Source: a virus (taxonomy: Duplodnaviria > Caudoviricetes). From it: a stretch of 64,000 nt of DNA. Below, piece after piece: positions 45,750-54,233 of this stretch. A model generated the notes under the pieces. It was not told the DNA's origin. It was given only the letters and a program-made list of their open reading frames with translations, and ran no database searches. The stretch spans positions 569-64,568 of IMG/VR virus record IMGVR_UViG_3300025306_000003; one strand, 5' to 3'. Numbering within the stretch: the first letter of the stretch is position 1; the number at the start of each line of letters is the position of its first letter. The position numbers were made by a program, and so were the translations under genes.

Positions 45750-47287
45750 TGTACATACTCCTCTCTGTGTCGGGCTTTTTCTTCTTCGGTCATGAGCCTC
45801 TCTGGCATCTCTTCGATCTCACAATACAAAGACGGTTCTTTTATTTGCATGTGAGCAGTCGCTCTTTGCCGAGCAAACTCGCCCATCAACTCTTCGTAAG
45901 TACGACCTCTTTGATTTTTGATGTACTCAATATTCGCTTGCAAGTAATACCTTGGGGGCAGTCCCTGACGGTACAACTGTGCATGACGCATTTGCTGATC
46001 TTGAAAATCCTTGTAGGATTTCAAAAGGATCCACTGATTGAACTCTTTCAAGAACTTCCCCCCATGCGTTCTCGGATCAGGCATCCTCAATAATCTTGCG
46101 ACAGTTGACGCCTGTAATCCCCAACGCTCCAATTCAATTTCGTGTGCAGCTAACTCTTCGGGCTCAGTGGTTCTGTACCAATTCATTTGTCCATGAGCTT
46201 TGCACATGGACTCCAAACAATAAATCATTTGTTCGCAGTGCAAACTCTTGTGTGGAGGAAATCTTCGATAAATAAGCTTGTGGTATGCGAATGCACCTTT
46301 AATCAAAGAAAGCATCTCTTCGGTGTCCGTAAAACCAAGCTCCACAAAACCCTCGCCCAGAACACACATGCACTCTCGCACATTGGCATGAACTGTTTCC
46401 CAAGCGGCTTTGAAGACACCTCTTCGACCTGCCACAGCTCTGTAAGCTTGGTGCATCAAGTTGAACACACGCTTCCCGCCAAGGTTGCGAACTAACTGTG
46501 CCTTTTTTGGGGGTAAATCTACGGCTGGAAGGCGTTTTTTCTGCTTTTTTGGGGCTAACTCGTTTGAAATGTGTACTTTACTTGGAGAAGTTGCAAAACC
46601 GTCGTGTTCTCTACTAAGTAAAGAGTTATTACTTATTATATTATTATACTTAGTAGAGAAACTGCCATTTTTGCAACTTTTGAGGTTATCTGATTGACCG
46701 CGCTCAACTTCCGCCATTTCCAGCACATCTGCCAACTCATCCATGAGCGGCTCGTATTCTTCACGCGGTAGATACTTCTTTGCCGATATGAGACGTGTTC
46801 CTGACTCTGAGAGTCGTTTTCGCAGGTATTTCACGTATGCATTCACACCACGTGTCTCTGGTTCTCCCAACCTCTGCAACACGGTTATTTGAATGGAAAC
46901 CTCAGAAAACAACTGCCGCGCACGCCCTTTTTTGGTGAGTGCTTCAATTGTCGAGAGCTTTCGCACAGCGTCATAAGCCACAAGGAGCGGACTCACGTAG
47001 CCCCGAGGCTGCTTGAACGCGATGACATACTCCCGCCCAATCGTGTTTTGCAAAACCCCTGTGTTGTGCAACGCTGCTAGTGCTGCATAGGCCGTACGCT
47101 GCGACACTTTCGCAGCTTTTGCAATCTGCCAAGGAAGCCAAACTCCCAAGAGCATGTCATCCTGCAATCGTGCTCCGTCGGTAGCTCCCCCATTTTCGAT
47201 TGCTGCTATTGCTTGTTGGATATCGTCTCTCAATACTTGCACCACTCTTCGTGTTCCGATGGACATGTTCGCCCCCCTCCGTATCAC
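45746..47287 (-). CDS. Putative replication initiator/origin-binding protein
   Basis: N-terminal HTH-like QIAKAAKVSQRTAYAALAAL; central low-complexity linker over an AT-rich palindrome; coupled to the helicase gene. Confidence 0.5.
   Translation of the reverse strand: MIRRGANMSIGTRRVVQVLRDDIQQAIAAIENGGATDGARLQDDMLLGVWLPWQIAKAAKVSQRTAYAALAALHNTGVLQNTIGREYVIAFKQPRGYVSPLLVAYDAVRKLSTIEALTKKGRARQLFSEVSIQITVLQRLGEPETRGVNAYVKYLRKRLSESGTRLISAKKYLPREEYEPLMDELADVLEMAEVERGQSDNLKSCKNGSFSTKYNNIISNNSLLSREHDGFATSPSKVHISNELAPKKQKKRLPAVDLPPKKAQLVRNLGGKRVFNLMHQAYRAVAGRRGVFKAAWETVHANVRECMCVLGEGFVELGFTDTEEMLSLIKGAFAYHKLIYRRFPPHKSLHCEQMIYCLESMCKAHGQMNWYRTTEPEELAAHEIELERWGLQASTVARLLRMPDPRTHGGKFLKEFNQWILLKSYKDFQDQQMRHAQLYRQGLPPRYYLQANIEYIKNQRGRTYEELMGEFARQRATAHMQIKEPSLYCEIEEMPERLMTEEEKARHREEYVQ
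46588..46679. repeat. Large nested inverted repeat around an AT-rich core (candidate origin)
   Basis: TTCTCTACTAAGTA (46607-46620)/TACTTAGTAGAGAA (46647-46660) and AAGTTGCAAAA (46588-46598)/TTTTGCAACTT (46669-46679) share one symmetry axis. Confidence 0.75.
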
Positions 47288-48698
47288 GTATGATTACTTG
47301 TTGTTTCAATTTGTATTTGCAAGTTCGTATTCGAGAATTTGCGTGTGCTAAAAGATGCCTGTTTGTGTTGTCCAAAAAATCGATGTACTGCAATTCCGTT
47401 TTTCCCTCTGCGATTCGTAAACCTCTTCCGAACATCTGTGTAAAAACCACGGGAGATTTTCCGCCTGCCGCATTTATCAAAGCATCAACAACCGGAATAT
47501 CCACACCTTCGCCAAAAAGCTTTCTGGTAACGATAAGGATTTTTACTTGTCGATCTTTGGTGAGTTGTTTTACATCCGCAATATATTCTGCGTCATCGTT
47601 ACCTGATAAAAAGATAGAATCCTCGATAAGCTCATTGAGAATTTCTCCATGGTCAATTCTTTCCACAAACACCAAAACAATCCGGCCTTCTTTTGCTAAG
47701 CGCTCCGCTTCCTGTTTTACAAGAGCATTGCGAGGGACACTCTTCACAATTCCGTAGAGGTATGCATTGCGGTAGTTTTCGTAATGGAGATTTGGAGAAG
47801 ATATTTCGAGGAATTTGATTTGAGATGTGGAGAGATGTCCCTGCCCTTGCAACTCTGAGATTGGAATCTCATGAATAATTGGACCAATTGCAGCTTCCAA
47901 TAACATGCCAGTTTTTTTGAGATTGGGTGTTGCCGTAAGGCCAAATCGAATGTGTGCGTTTGTGAAATGTCTTGATGACACGTACCAGCTCGCTTTTTGT
48001 CCGGTGCTACTGACGTGATGAACTTCATCGATGACCAAAATCTGAAACTTATCAAGTTGTGTTCGTGCATTTTTACTCTTGATCAAACGCATCAAACTTT
48101 GAACTGTGAAGATGGTAACTCTCCCGAATTCCTTTCGGCCTCCACCGTAAACTTTCACATCGATTCCTGCCTTTTGAAATACCTCGGCAGTCTGACTCAA
48201 GAGGGTTTTGGTGTGGACTACGAAAGCGGTAGGCAAATCGAGGATTTTTAGCGCTGCTACTACTGTTATAGTTTTTCCCGCGCCCGTGGACAAAACCAGC
48301 ACACCACGCTGGAATTTGAGCATGGAGACGAGCGCACCCTGCTGAAATGGCCTTAATTCGACGCCTACGGCTCTCAGAGGCTGCAAAAAGTCTTCGGAGC
48401 TACCCTGATATGCCTTTTTTAGGTCGTTGATTGTGGGGCTTTTGGTGCGGGAATCTTCGATTCGGTATTTTACACCGTTTGCGGCCAAAATACCTACTAC
48501 TCTAGTAGTAAGTCCAGCGGGGAAAGTGCCATTCTTGAAAAGGTGGATTTTTCCGTCCCATCGACCACCTCGAAAGGCGGGACTGAAGCGATACCCTTCC
48601 AAGCTATATGAAAGCTCTTTGTCGATCTGTGCGAAACACGGACAGCTCCCAGAAATGGAAGTATCCACGTTCGCCACGTGAAGCACACATTCGGCCAT
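47157..48698 (-). CDS. SF2 DExH helicase (UvsW-like)
   Basis: WDGK, STGAGKT, DEVHH, GLTATP, EGVD.P, Q.FGRGLR. Confidence 0.92.
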   Translation of the reverse strand: MAECVLHVANVDTSISGSCPCFAQIDKELSYSLEGYRFSPAFRGGRWDGKIHLFKNGTFPAGLTTRVVGILAANGVKYRIEDSRTKSPTINDLKKAYQGSSEDFLQPLRAVGVELRPFQQGALVSMLKFQRGVLVLSTGAGKTITVVAALKILDLPTAFVVHTKTLLSQTAEVFQKAGIDVKVYGGGRKEFGRVTIFTVQSLMRLIKSKNARTQLDKFQILVIDEVHHVSSTGQKASWYVSSRHFTNAHIRFGLTATPNLKKTGMLLEAAIGPIIHEIPISELQGQGHLSTSQIKFLEISSPNLHYENYRNAYLYGIVKSVPRNALVKQEAERLAKEGRIVLVFVERIDHGEILNELIEDSIFLSGNDDAEYIADVKQLTKDRQVKILIVTRKLFGEGVDIPVVDALINAAGGKSPVVFTQMFGRGLRIAEGKTELQYIDFLDNTNRHLLAHANSRIRTCKYKLKQQVIIRDTEGGEHVHRNTKSGASIERRYPTSNSSNRKWGSYRRSTIAG

Positions 48699-48733
48699 GA
48701 CGACGCTCCTGATTAAGTTGTTTTGAAGAGTAG

Positions 48734-48769
48734 ATTATGTCGCAGTCAGAAGAGCGTTGTCAACTAAAA
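48734..48769 (-). promoter_or_regulatory. sigma70-type promoter for the replication operon
   Basis: TTGACA-18-CATAAT, preceded by TTTTAG. Confidence 0.7.
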
Positions 48770-48772
48770 TGC

Positions 48773-48803
48773 AATGGGGAGACAAAAAATAAATCTCCCC
48801 ATT
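48773..48803. terminator. Hairpin/terminator ending the late operon
   Basis: AATGGGGAGA...TCTCCCCATT 10-bp stem. Confidence 0.6.
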
Positions 48804-48815
48804 TTTGCGCTTGAC

Positions 48816-49265
48816 TTACTTGGGTTCGACAGGGCCGAATTCGATCTCAAAACCGACCGCATCTCCCGCAACCAGTTGAATGTCTGCGAGAGAAGTAATC
48901 GTCTTCACGCCAGCACCCAAGTCGGCATCGCCTGTCACTTTCAACTGCACGTTGCCGACAGCACCATTCGGGAGAATCTCTGCGGACATGCCATCTGCTG
49001 AAATGACAAGCTCGCAAGCTTCTGGAATGGACAGCGCGTACGCGGGCAGGCCGTCCAATCGGGCAGGATTGCCATAAGCATCCACAGGGCGTACAACTCG
49101 TACTGAGGTTTTTTTATCGACGGGGAGAGTAAACATACCGAATCCTTTCAGGGTTATGATGCGACCTGTTATGGGATCAACCACATCCAGCCAGATCGCG
49201 ACTGCGGGACGCGGCATACCTATGAGACGTAAAAACCAACTGATGATTGCTTGAATGATTCTCAT
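48816..49265 (-). CDS. Ig-like domain protein
   Basis: DAYGNPA...beta-rich...V.GDAD. Confidence 0.55.
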   Translation of the reverse strand: MRIIQAIISWFLRLIGMPRPAVAIWLDVVDPITGRIITLKGFGMFTLPVDKKTSVRVVRPVDAYGNPARLDGLPAYALSIPEACELVISADGMSAEILPNGAVGNVQLKVTGDADLGAGVKTITSLADIQLVAGDAVGFEIEFGPVEPK

Positions 49266-50371
49266 TTTGTGAGGAACGAACCTTTCGCATCCGTACGGTC
49301 GGCCGTGCTCTCGGAGATCGCAGTGTAGCTGTACAATTTTCCTGAAGTCAAGTTTGCTAATCTCACGTAATGATCAGTGACGAGTGTGCTGCTGACGGTC
49401 ACAGTTTTCAACGCACCACCTGCGGCTTGGTATTCGAGTCTTGTGGTACATGGCACTGATGTCTTCCATGACAGTTGCGCAGTCGTGGCAGTCAGATCCA
49501 CAACCAATGGGCCTGTGATCGCGATAGCGCTTGTCACCGGCAGAGATGCTGTTATGAACGAGAAATCCGCAGACAGGATGCTGTTGGACCTCACTCGGTA
49601 ATGATAAAGCTTCGCCGCCTGTAATCCCTGCACTGAAAGTGCGTGCGTCGTAACCTGCGCCGCATCGGTCAGGAAAGTCCCATAAGAAGTTGTCAAGCCA
49701 TACTCGACGTAGGAATCTGCTGAGATATCCGTTGTCCATGTGATGCTCGCAGTCTTATCGGTTATGTTCTTGGCCGTGATTTGGCTGAGAACGGGGTTTT
49801 GTGTAGGAGGGCTCAGAGTTGAAAATGTGAAGTCAGAACTGACAGTCGGTCCCGATGTAACCCGTGCGTGATACAGCGTGCTGGGAGTCAGCCCTGACAG
49901 CGGCAATGTGTGGGAAGTTACGGATGCGGCGTCTGTCGCAATTCCCCCATAACTTGTGGACGTTCCATAATCCACTCTTGAATTAGCTGCGAGATCGGTT
50001 GTCCATGTGATCGAGGCTTGCGTGGGCGTGATGTTTACGGCAGCGATTTGACTGATGACAGGATTCTGAACCGGAGGCTCGCCCGCGATTGTCGTACTGA
50101 CTTCATTTGAGAAACCGCTTTCCAATCCTGCTGTGTTGTAGGCAGTCACCACAAAGAAATATGTGCCTGGGGCCAGGTTTTGCACTGTGTACGTGGGAGC
50201 AGTAGAAACTCCTGCAGTCTGCGGAGGGGATGCGTACTGACCCGAAATGGTGCCGTAGTAAACCTTGTATCCCGCTAAGTCTGTTTCTGAATTGGGATCC
50301 CACGCGAGTTGCACAGAGCCTGACAGGATCAGCACACGCAATGCAGCGAGGAGCCACAATGTTATTTGCAT
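49262..50371 (-). CDS. Four-domain fibronectin type III protein with a signal-like N-terminus
   Basis: LAWDPN...GYKVYYG...L.PGTY.F.VTAY, then three A.I.W.T...S.V.YG...H...L.GL....YH repeats. Confidence 0.82.
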   Translation of the reverse strand: MQITLWLLAALRVLILSGSVQLAWDPNSETDLAGYKVYYGTISGQYASPPQTAGVSTAPTYTVQNLAPGTYFFVVTAYNTAGLESGFSNEVSTTIAGEPPVQNPVISQIAAVNITPTQASITWTTDLAANSRVDYGTSTSYGGIATDAASVTSHTLPLSGLTPSTLYHARVTSGPTVSSDFTFSTLSPPTQNPVLSQITAKNITDKTASITWTTDISADSYVEYGLTTSYGTFLTDAAQVTTHALSVQGLQAAKLYHYRVRSNSILSADFSFITASLPVTSAIAITGPLVVDLTATTAQLSWKTSVPCTTRLEYQAAGGALKTVTVSSTLVTDHYVRLANLTSGKLYSYTAISESTADRTDAKGSFLTK

Positions 50372-50745
50372 TTTGCAGTACCCAGCGAAAATACCTTTTT
50401 CACTTTGCACCAGAATCCGGTTTTCTTGGTGACGGTATTATAAAGCTGTTGGTACAAATCCGCACGTTCTTTCTGGAGGTCTTTTTCCCTTTCGGCAAGT
50501 GCGGTAGCCGATTTTTCTATTTCCAGTGCGCGTTCCCAGTTAATCTTTTCCTGTGTGCGCAGCGCTTCTTCCTTAACTCGTGTGTCCGTAAGCAGTTGCA
50601 GTCGTGCCTCTTGCGCAACAAGTTTGTACAGAAGTTCGAGAACAATTCTTTTGTCACTTTCCGACAGCGGAGGACTTATATCCTGACAGAAAAGCGCGGA
50701 TGGCATCATCCAACATATCACCACGAAGGTTACGAATTTTTTCAT
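50362..50745 (-). CDS. Possible o-spanin-like secreted/lipoprotein
   Basis: Signal peptide ending ALFC, coiled coil; overlaps the upstream TM/coiled-coil gene. Confidence 0.45.
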   Translation of the reverse strand: MKKFVTFVVICWMMPSALFCQDISPPLSESDKRIVLELLYKLVAQEARLQLLTDTRVKEEALRTQEKINWERALEIEKSATALAEREKDLQKERADLYQQLYNTVTKKTGFWCKVKKVFSLGTAKCK

Positions 50746-51097
50746 AATCCTCCTTCAGTTTATTTTGTATGTCCTGCATCGAAGCGTCAACGCTTAACTC
50801 GAGCGTGGTGCGCAGCTTTTCGAGATCTCGCCGCTCCAGCACGTTTGATTTGTGATCTGAGATGTTTTGTTTTTCTTGCGCTTGCAGCAGAGCTTCGCGC
50901 TGCTTCCACTCCAGGGCTTTTGCTTTCTCGATCTCCGTTGTTGCCGAAATCCTCCCCTGCTGCTCGCCGTTTGACCATTGCCGAGCGCCGTAGCGAAGGA
51001 TGCACAAGTAACTCACCGACAAAACGACGAGTGCCAAAATCACCCATAAAATCATCTTCCGCACAGGCGCTGGAATCATTAGCCACCATGCAAACAT
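50654..51097 (-). CDS. Possible i-spanin (N-terminal TM plus coiled coil)
   Basis: Start MFAWW after a GGAGG RBS; follows the holin. Confidence 0.55.
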   Translation of the reverse strand: MFAWWLMIPAPVRKMILWVILALVVLSVSYLCILRYGARQWSNGEQQGRISATTEIEKAKALEWKQREALLQAQEKQNISDHKSNVLERRDLEKLRTTLELSVDASMQDIQNKLKEDYEKIRNLRGDMLDDAIRAFLSGYKSSAVGK

Positions 51098-51108
51098 ACC
51101 TCCCTCCA

Positions 51109-51471
51109 CTATTCGTCTTTGGGGAATGGAATTTTGTTGATCACGAATTTGGTCGCCGCAGGCGCTGCGAATTCCATGATGGACCCAAACAGTCCTGCAA
51201 TAGCAGGATGAATTGGAATCGCAGAAAAGTACTCGGGAAACAACCACGTCACTTTGTCAATGTACAGTGCGCCGAACAGCCACACCACGAAAATGGTTGT
51301 GATCCACGAGATTTTGTCTTCAAACAGTCCGATATCAAACCACTCGTGTGTGCTGAGGAGCACAGGTTTTTTCAGCTTTTTTCCCGTGTGGCACCATTTG
51401 GCCCACTTCCAAACAAGTGTGAGAACCGCTGCAGACAAATAAAAAATCCATGCGAATGTTGTAGGTTTCAT
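51109..51471 (-). CDS. Holin candidate (3 TM)
   Basis: Three hydrophobic segments; ATGA overlap with the endolysin. Confidence 0.6.
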   Translation of the reverse strand: MKPTTFAWIFYLSAAVLTLVWKWAKWCHTGKKLKKPVLLSTHEWFDIGLFEDKISWITTIFVVWLFGALYIDKVTWLFPEYFSAIPIHPAIAGLFGSIMEFAAPAATKFVINKIPFPKDE

Positions 51472-51911
51472 ATGACTCCCCCACGCAATATGTTGGCTAA
51501 ACGCCCGTATCTATTCGGCAGACTCCGCGCCGCATCGCTATCAAGACATTCCTTTGCGGCAGTTTTCCAATCTTGAATTTTCAATGCAGCAAGCATCTTT
51601 TTGAATTTAGACAGACGGGGCATCCCCAAGTTATATCGCATATTCACCAATGCCGCCTGACGAACAACGTCAAGATCGGCGAACCAAGGCAGGGCTCGAA
51701 CCAAGTCAGCAACACACTGGTTAATCTTGCTGTTGAGCAACCACGCAGCCTCTGCTTTTGTGACACCTTCGAGATTTATGTTGAGTCCGTATCCTATCAC
51801 CAACGTGTTGCCTGTGTCGGCTGCGGGAAACTGTGAATAACCTTCATCCTCTTTTAGGCTAATGAAAGCAGAATTACGAACGGCATCTATATCTAACATT
51901 TGTTTCTCCAC
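51468..51911 (-). CDS. Endolysin, T4-lysozyme-like (GH24)
   Basis: EG.......DT.....IGYG...RQAALVNM.YNLG...KFKKML.AL...DW..AA.E.LDS. Confidence 0.88.
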   Translation of the reverse strand: MEKQMLDIDAVRNSAFISLKEDEGYSQFPAADTGNTLVIGYGLNINLEGVTKAEAAWLLNSKINQCVADLVRALPWFADLDVVRQAALVNMRYNLGMPRLSKFKKMLAALKIQDWKTAAKECLDSDAARSLPNRYGRLANILRGGVI

Positions 51912-51917
51912 AGGTTT

Positions 51918-52469
51918 TCATGCCATCAACCACTGCAATTTGCGCTTCAGTATGTCGTAAGCCTCGTGCAACATCTGACTGATTCGACACTCTACCACGT
52001 TGAGCACTATGCCTATTTCCTTTTCACTCAATTCATCGTAGTAGCGCAGCATGATTACCAATCGTAACTTCTTGGGCAGTCCTAGTATGGCTTGTCTAAC
52101 GTGGTATATTCGCTCGTTGTGCCACGTGCGCGTGTACGGAGAATGCCCAACTGCCACATATGAGCGGATGTGACTTTCGTTCAATTTCGTGCAGGGACAA
52201 CCTTCGTGATTGCGACTGCTGCCAGCATTGAGCCAGGACATCTGATGATGGACGCCATCTATCAACGCGCCATTGATCAGAATCTTTGCGTATGCACGAA
52301 AGGGAACACCTTTTGACTCGTCGTACTTTTTAGCTGCGTTCATCAATCCAAGAGCAGCAAACTGATTCATGTCGTCAAGCTCATCGTACTGCTTAGTGCG
52401 CTTGACGTATGAAGCTGCGAGCATCTTGGCAAGCCCCAGGTTTGAAGTGACGAGTTCTTCGGTGGTCAT
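51918..52469 (-). CDS. Phage sigma factor, FliA/SigF (sigma-28)-like
   Basis: LV..NLGL...DDMNQ...LGLM.A..KYD.SKGVPF.AYA...I.GA..D; region 4 LP...R.VI.LRYY.ELS.KEIG.VL.V...RISQ. Confidence 0.88.
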   Translation of the reverse strand: MTTEELVTSNLGLAKMLAASYVKRTKQYDELDDMNQFAALGLMNAAKKYDESKGVPFRAYAKILINGALIDGVHHQMSWLNAGSSRNHEGCPCTKLNESHIRSYVAVGHSPYTRTWHNERIYHVRQAILGLPKKLRLVIMLRYYDELSEKEIGIVLNVVECRISQMLHEAYDILKRKLQWLMA

Positions 52470-52900
52470 TTCTGCAATTCCAGATCCCTGATATCCTTCA
52501 TACGTTTTTCCATTACGATGACCAAATCATTCTTGCGTTTGTCGAGCACCCGGATCTTTGCCATCAGATTAGCGACATCTCGATCTCCCTTATGGCACTC
52601 TACACACGACGGTTGACTCAACCACGTTCCATGTTGCAGTTGTCGATAGTAGCCGTTGCGCTCTTCATTGATCCTCAAAATCGTCAGTTCGTCCTGCAAG
52701 ATGACGAGACGCAGACCGTTGAGGTTTATGCTTTTCTGATTCGATAACATGACGATATCCTGTGTGGTGATGTCATGTGCAATCCAGGTCAACCAAGCCG
52801 AGAGCAACCCAATCAGGATCAGGAACACCACAAAGATTTGCCACATCATTCGGGTCTGTCGGTATGCTACAGCATCCACACTTGTGAACGTATCAATCAT
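52466..52900 (-). CDS. Membrane-anchored protein with a CxxCH motif
   Basis: One TM helix, then coiled coil with SCVECH. Confidence 0.6.
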   Translation of the reverse strand: MIDTFTSVDAVAYRQTRMMWQIFVVFLILIGLLSAWLTWIAHDITTQDIVMLSNQKSINLNGLRLVILQDELTILRINEERNGYYRQLQHGTWLSQPSCVECHKGDRDVANLMAKIRVLDKRKNDLVIVMEKRMKDIRDLELQK

Positions 52901-53166
52901 GGTTTCTTCGCCACCCAATAATAAATGAGCACCAAAATAGCCGGGATCAACCCCGCCAACGCACCCCAAATGCCAGACTTCAACCGCAGCTCCGTACCCA
53001 GCATACCAATTGCGGTTTTGATCTCCTGCGTCTTTTCATTGAACTTCTCATTCATATTGGAATGATCTTTCCGCAGTTGGTCACATTGCTCGTTCAACCG
53101 TTCTAATTCTTTTAAAACGTACTTGCTCCATTCTGACCAACCATTAGTCTCATCAGCTTTTACCAT
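52897..53166 (-). CDS. Coiled-coil plus C-terminal TM protein (XhlA/holin-like)
   Basis: Architecture and position next to the lysis genes. Confidence 0.6.
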   Translation of the reverse strand: MVKADETNGWSEWSKYVLKELERLNEQCDQLRKDHSNMNEKFNEKTQEIKTAIGMLGTELRLKSGIWGALAGLIPAILVLIYYWVAKKP

Positions 53167-53620
53167 TGGGAAACTCCGTGGAATCGGGAATGACGATAGC
53201 TAAAACAAAAGCATCGTTGTCACAATGACATGAATGTGGTGTGCTGGGCTTCAAAGTAATGCTTTCAGTTGGGTGCAACACTACTATCTCTCCGTCATCT
53301 AAATGCACTTCAAAGACTCCAAGTACACAGATGATAATTTCCGTTTGAGGATGGGAATGCCTTGAATGTGTTGTGTTTGCAGCAAAATCTCCGGTTACAA
53401 TGGAGCATTTTCCTGGTTCATTGTATACCCCAAGCAAATCGCACGAACCCCCGATGGTTGCCAGCGCCATCCTATCACGATTTTTCCACAATACAGTTTC
53501 GGATAAAGTACTCAGCTTACCCGTTAAGATCCGCAGTTTTTCCAGATTGGAATTTTCATCCATGAGCGATCTCCAAGTCGGGTAAAGGTAGAGGCGCAAA
53601 AGTCGGAACTGATTCCACAA
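53153..53620 (-). CDS. Cupin-domain protein
   Basis: HSHPQTE...G...L.P..S....P.TPHS. Confidence 0.75.
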   Translation of the reverse strand: MWNQFRLLRLYLYPTWRSLMDENSNLEKLRILTGKLSTLSETVLWKNRDRMALATIGGSCDLLGVYNEPGKCSIVTGDFAANTTHSRHSHPQTEIIICVLGVFEVHLDDGEIVVLHPTESITLKPSTPHSCHCDNDAFVLAIVIPDSTEFPNGKS

Positions 53621-54143
53621 CCGCTTCCGTCGCAGGAACCCCCCATAGTTTTTCGGCCATCACCGCGAACAATCCCTCGTCGTGCAAATCGGTCAGGATC
53701 TGATTGAGATCGAAAACCGTTTTCCCTTCGCAGTATTTGTCCCAAAGCTCCGGAGTTTCCCTGCGATTGATTCGCCACATTGCAACCGGATGATTACGGT
53801 CCAAGCTGCGATGAAATACGCCGTCGGCATCGTACGCGCCAATGGCTACAATGGCCTGAAAATCACCCTCTTCCAAGTCCAAACTGAGCTTGATGACTTT
53901 CGGCGCATTGATGGGCAGTCCGGTATACGTGTGGGCCTCCGCGTCTGCGAGCACGGGCACAAAGCCCAGTTGCGCTTCGGTCTTCGTCACAACCCCATCC
54001 GCGTCACGAGTCACTTTTTGCAATGTTACCGTAGGTTGAAATGCTGCTTTAACTTCTCCCATCACGACCTCCTGTCTTCTCATCCTGTGTCTTAACCGCA
54101 GCTTCTTCTTTGCGCTTTGCGGTGTCACGCTCCACGATTGCAT
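53556..54143 (-). CDS. Hypothetical tail-associated protein (probable start at MGEVK)
   Basis: AGGAGG RBS; follows the tail protein. Confidence 0.55.
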   Translation of the reverse strand: MQSWSVTPQSAKKKLRLRHRMRRQEVVMGEVKAAFQPTVTLQKVTRDADGVVTKTEAQLGFVPVLADAEAHTYTGLPINAPKVIKLSLDLEEGDFQAIVAIGAYDADGVFHRSLDRNHPVAMWRINRRETPELWDKYCEGKTVFDLNQILTDLHDEGLFAVMAEKLWGVPATEAVVESVPTFAPLPLPDLEIAHG

Positions 54144-54233
54144 TTGCGAGATCTCTCTGTAACGCGAATAAGCTTATGGCCTGATCCGCGATAATCAATT
54201 TCAAATCATCAACTGTGATCATACACTCCTCCT

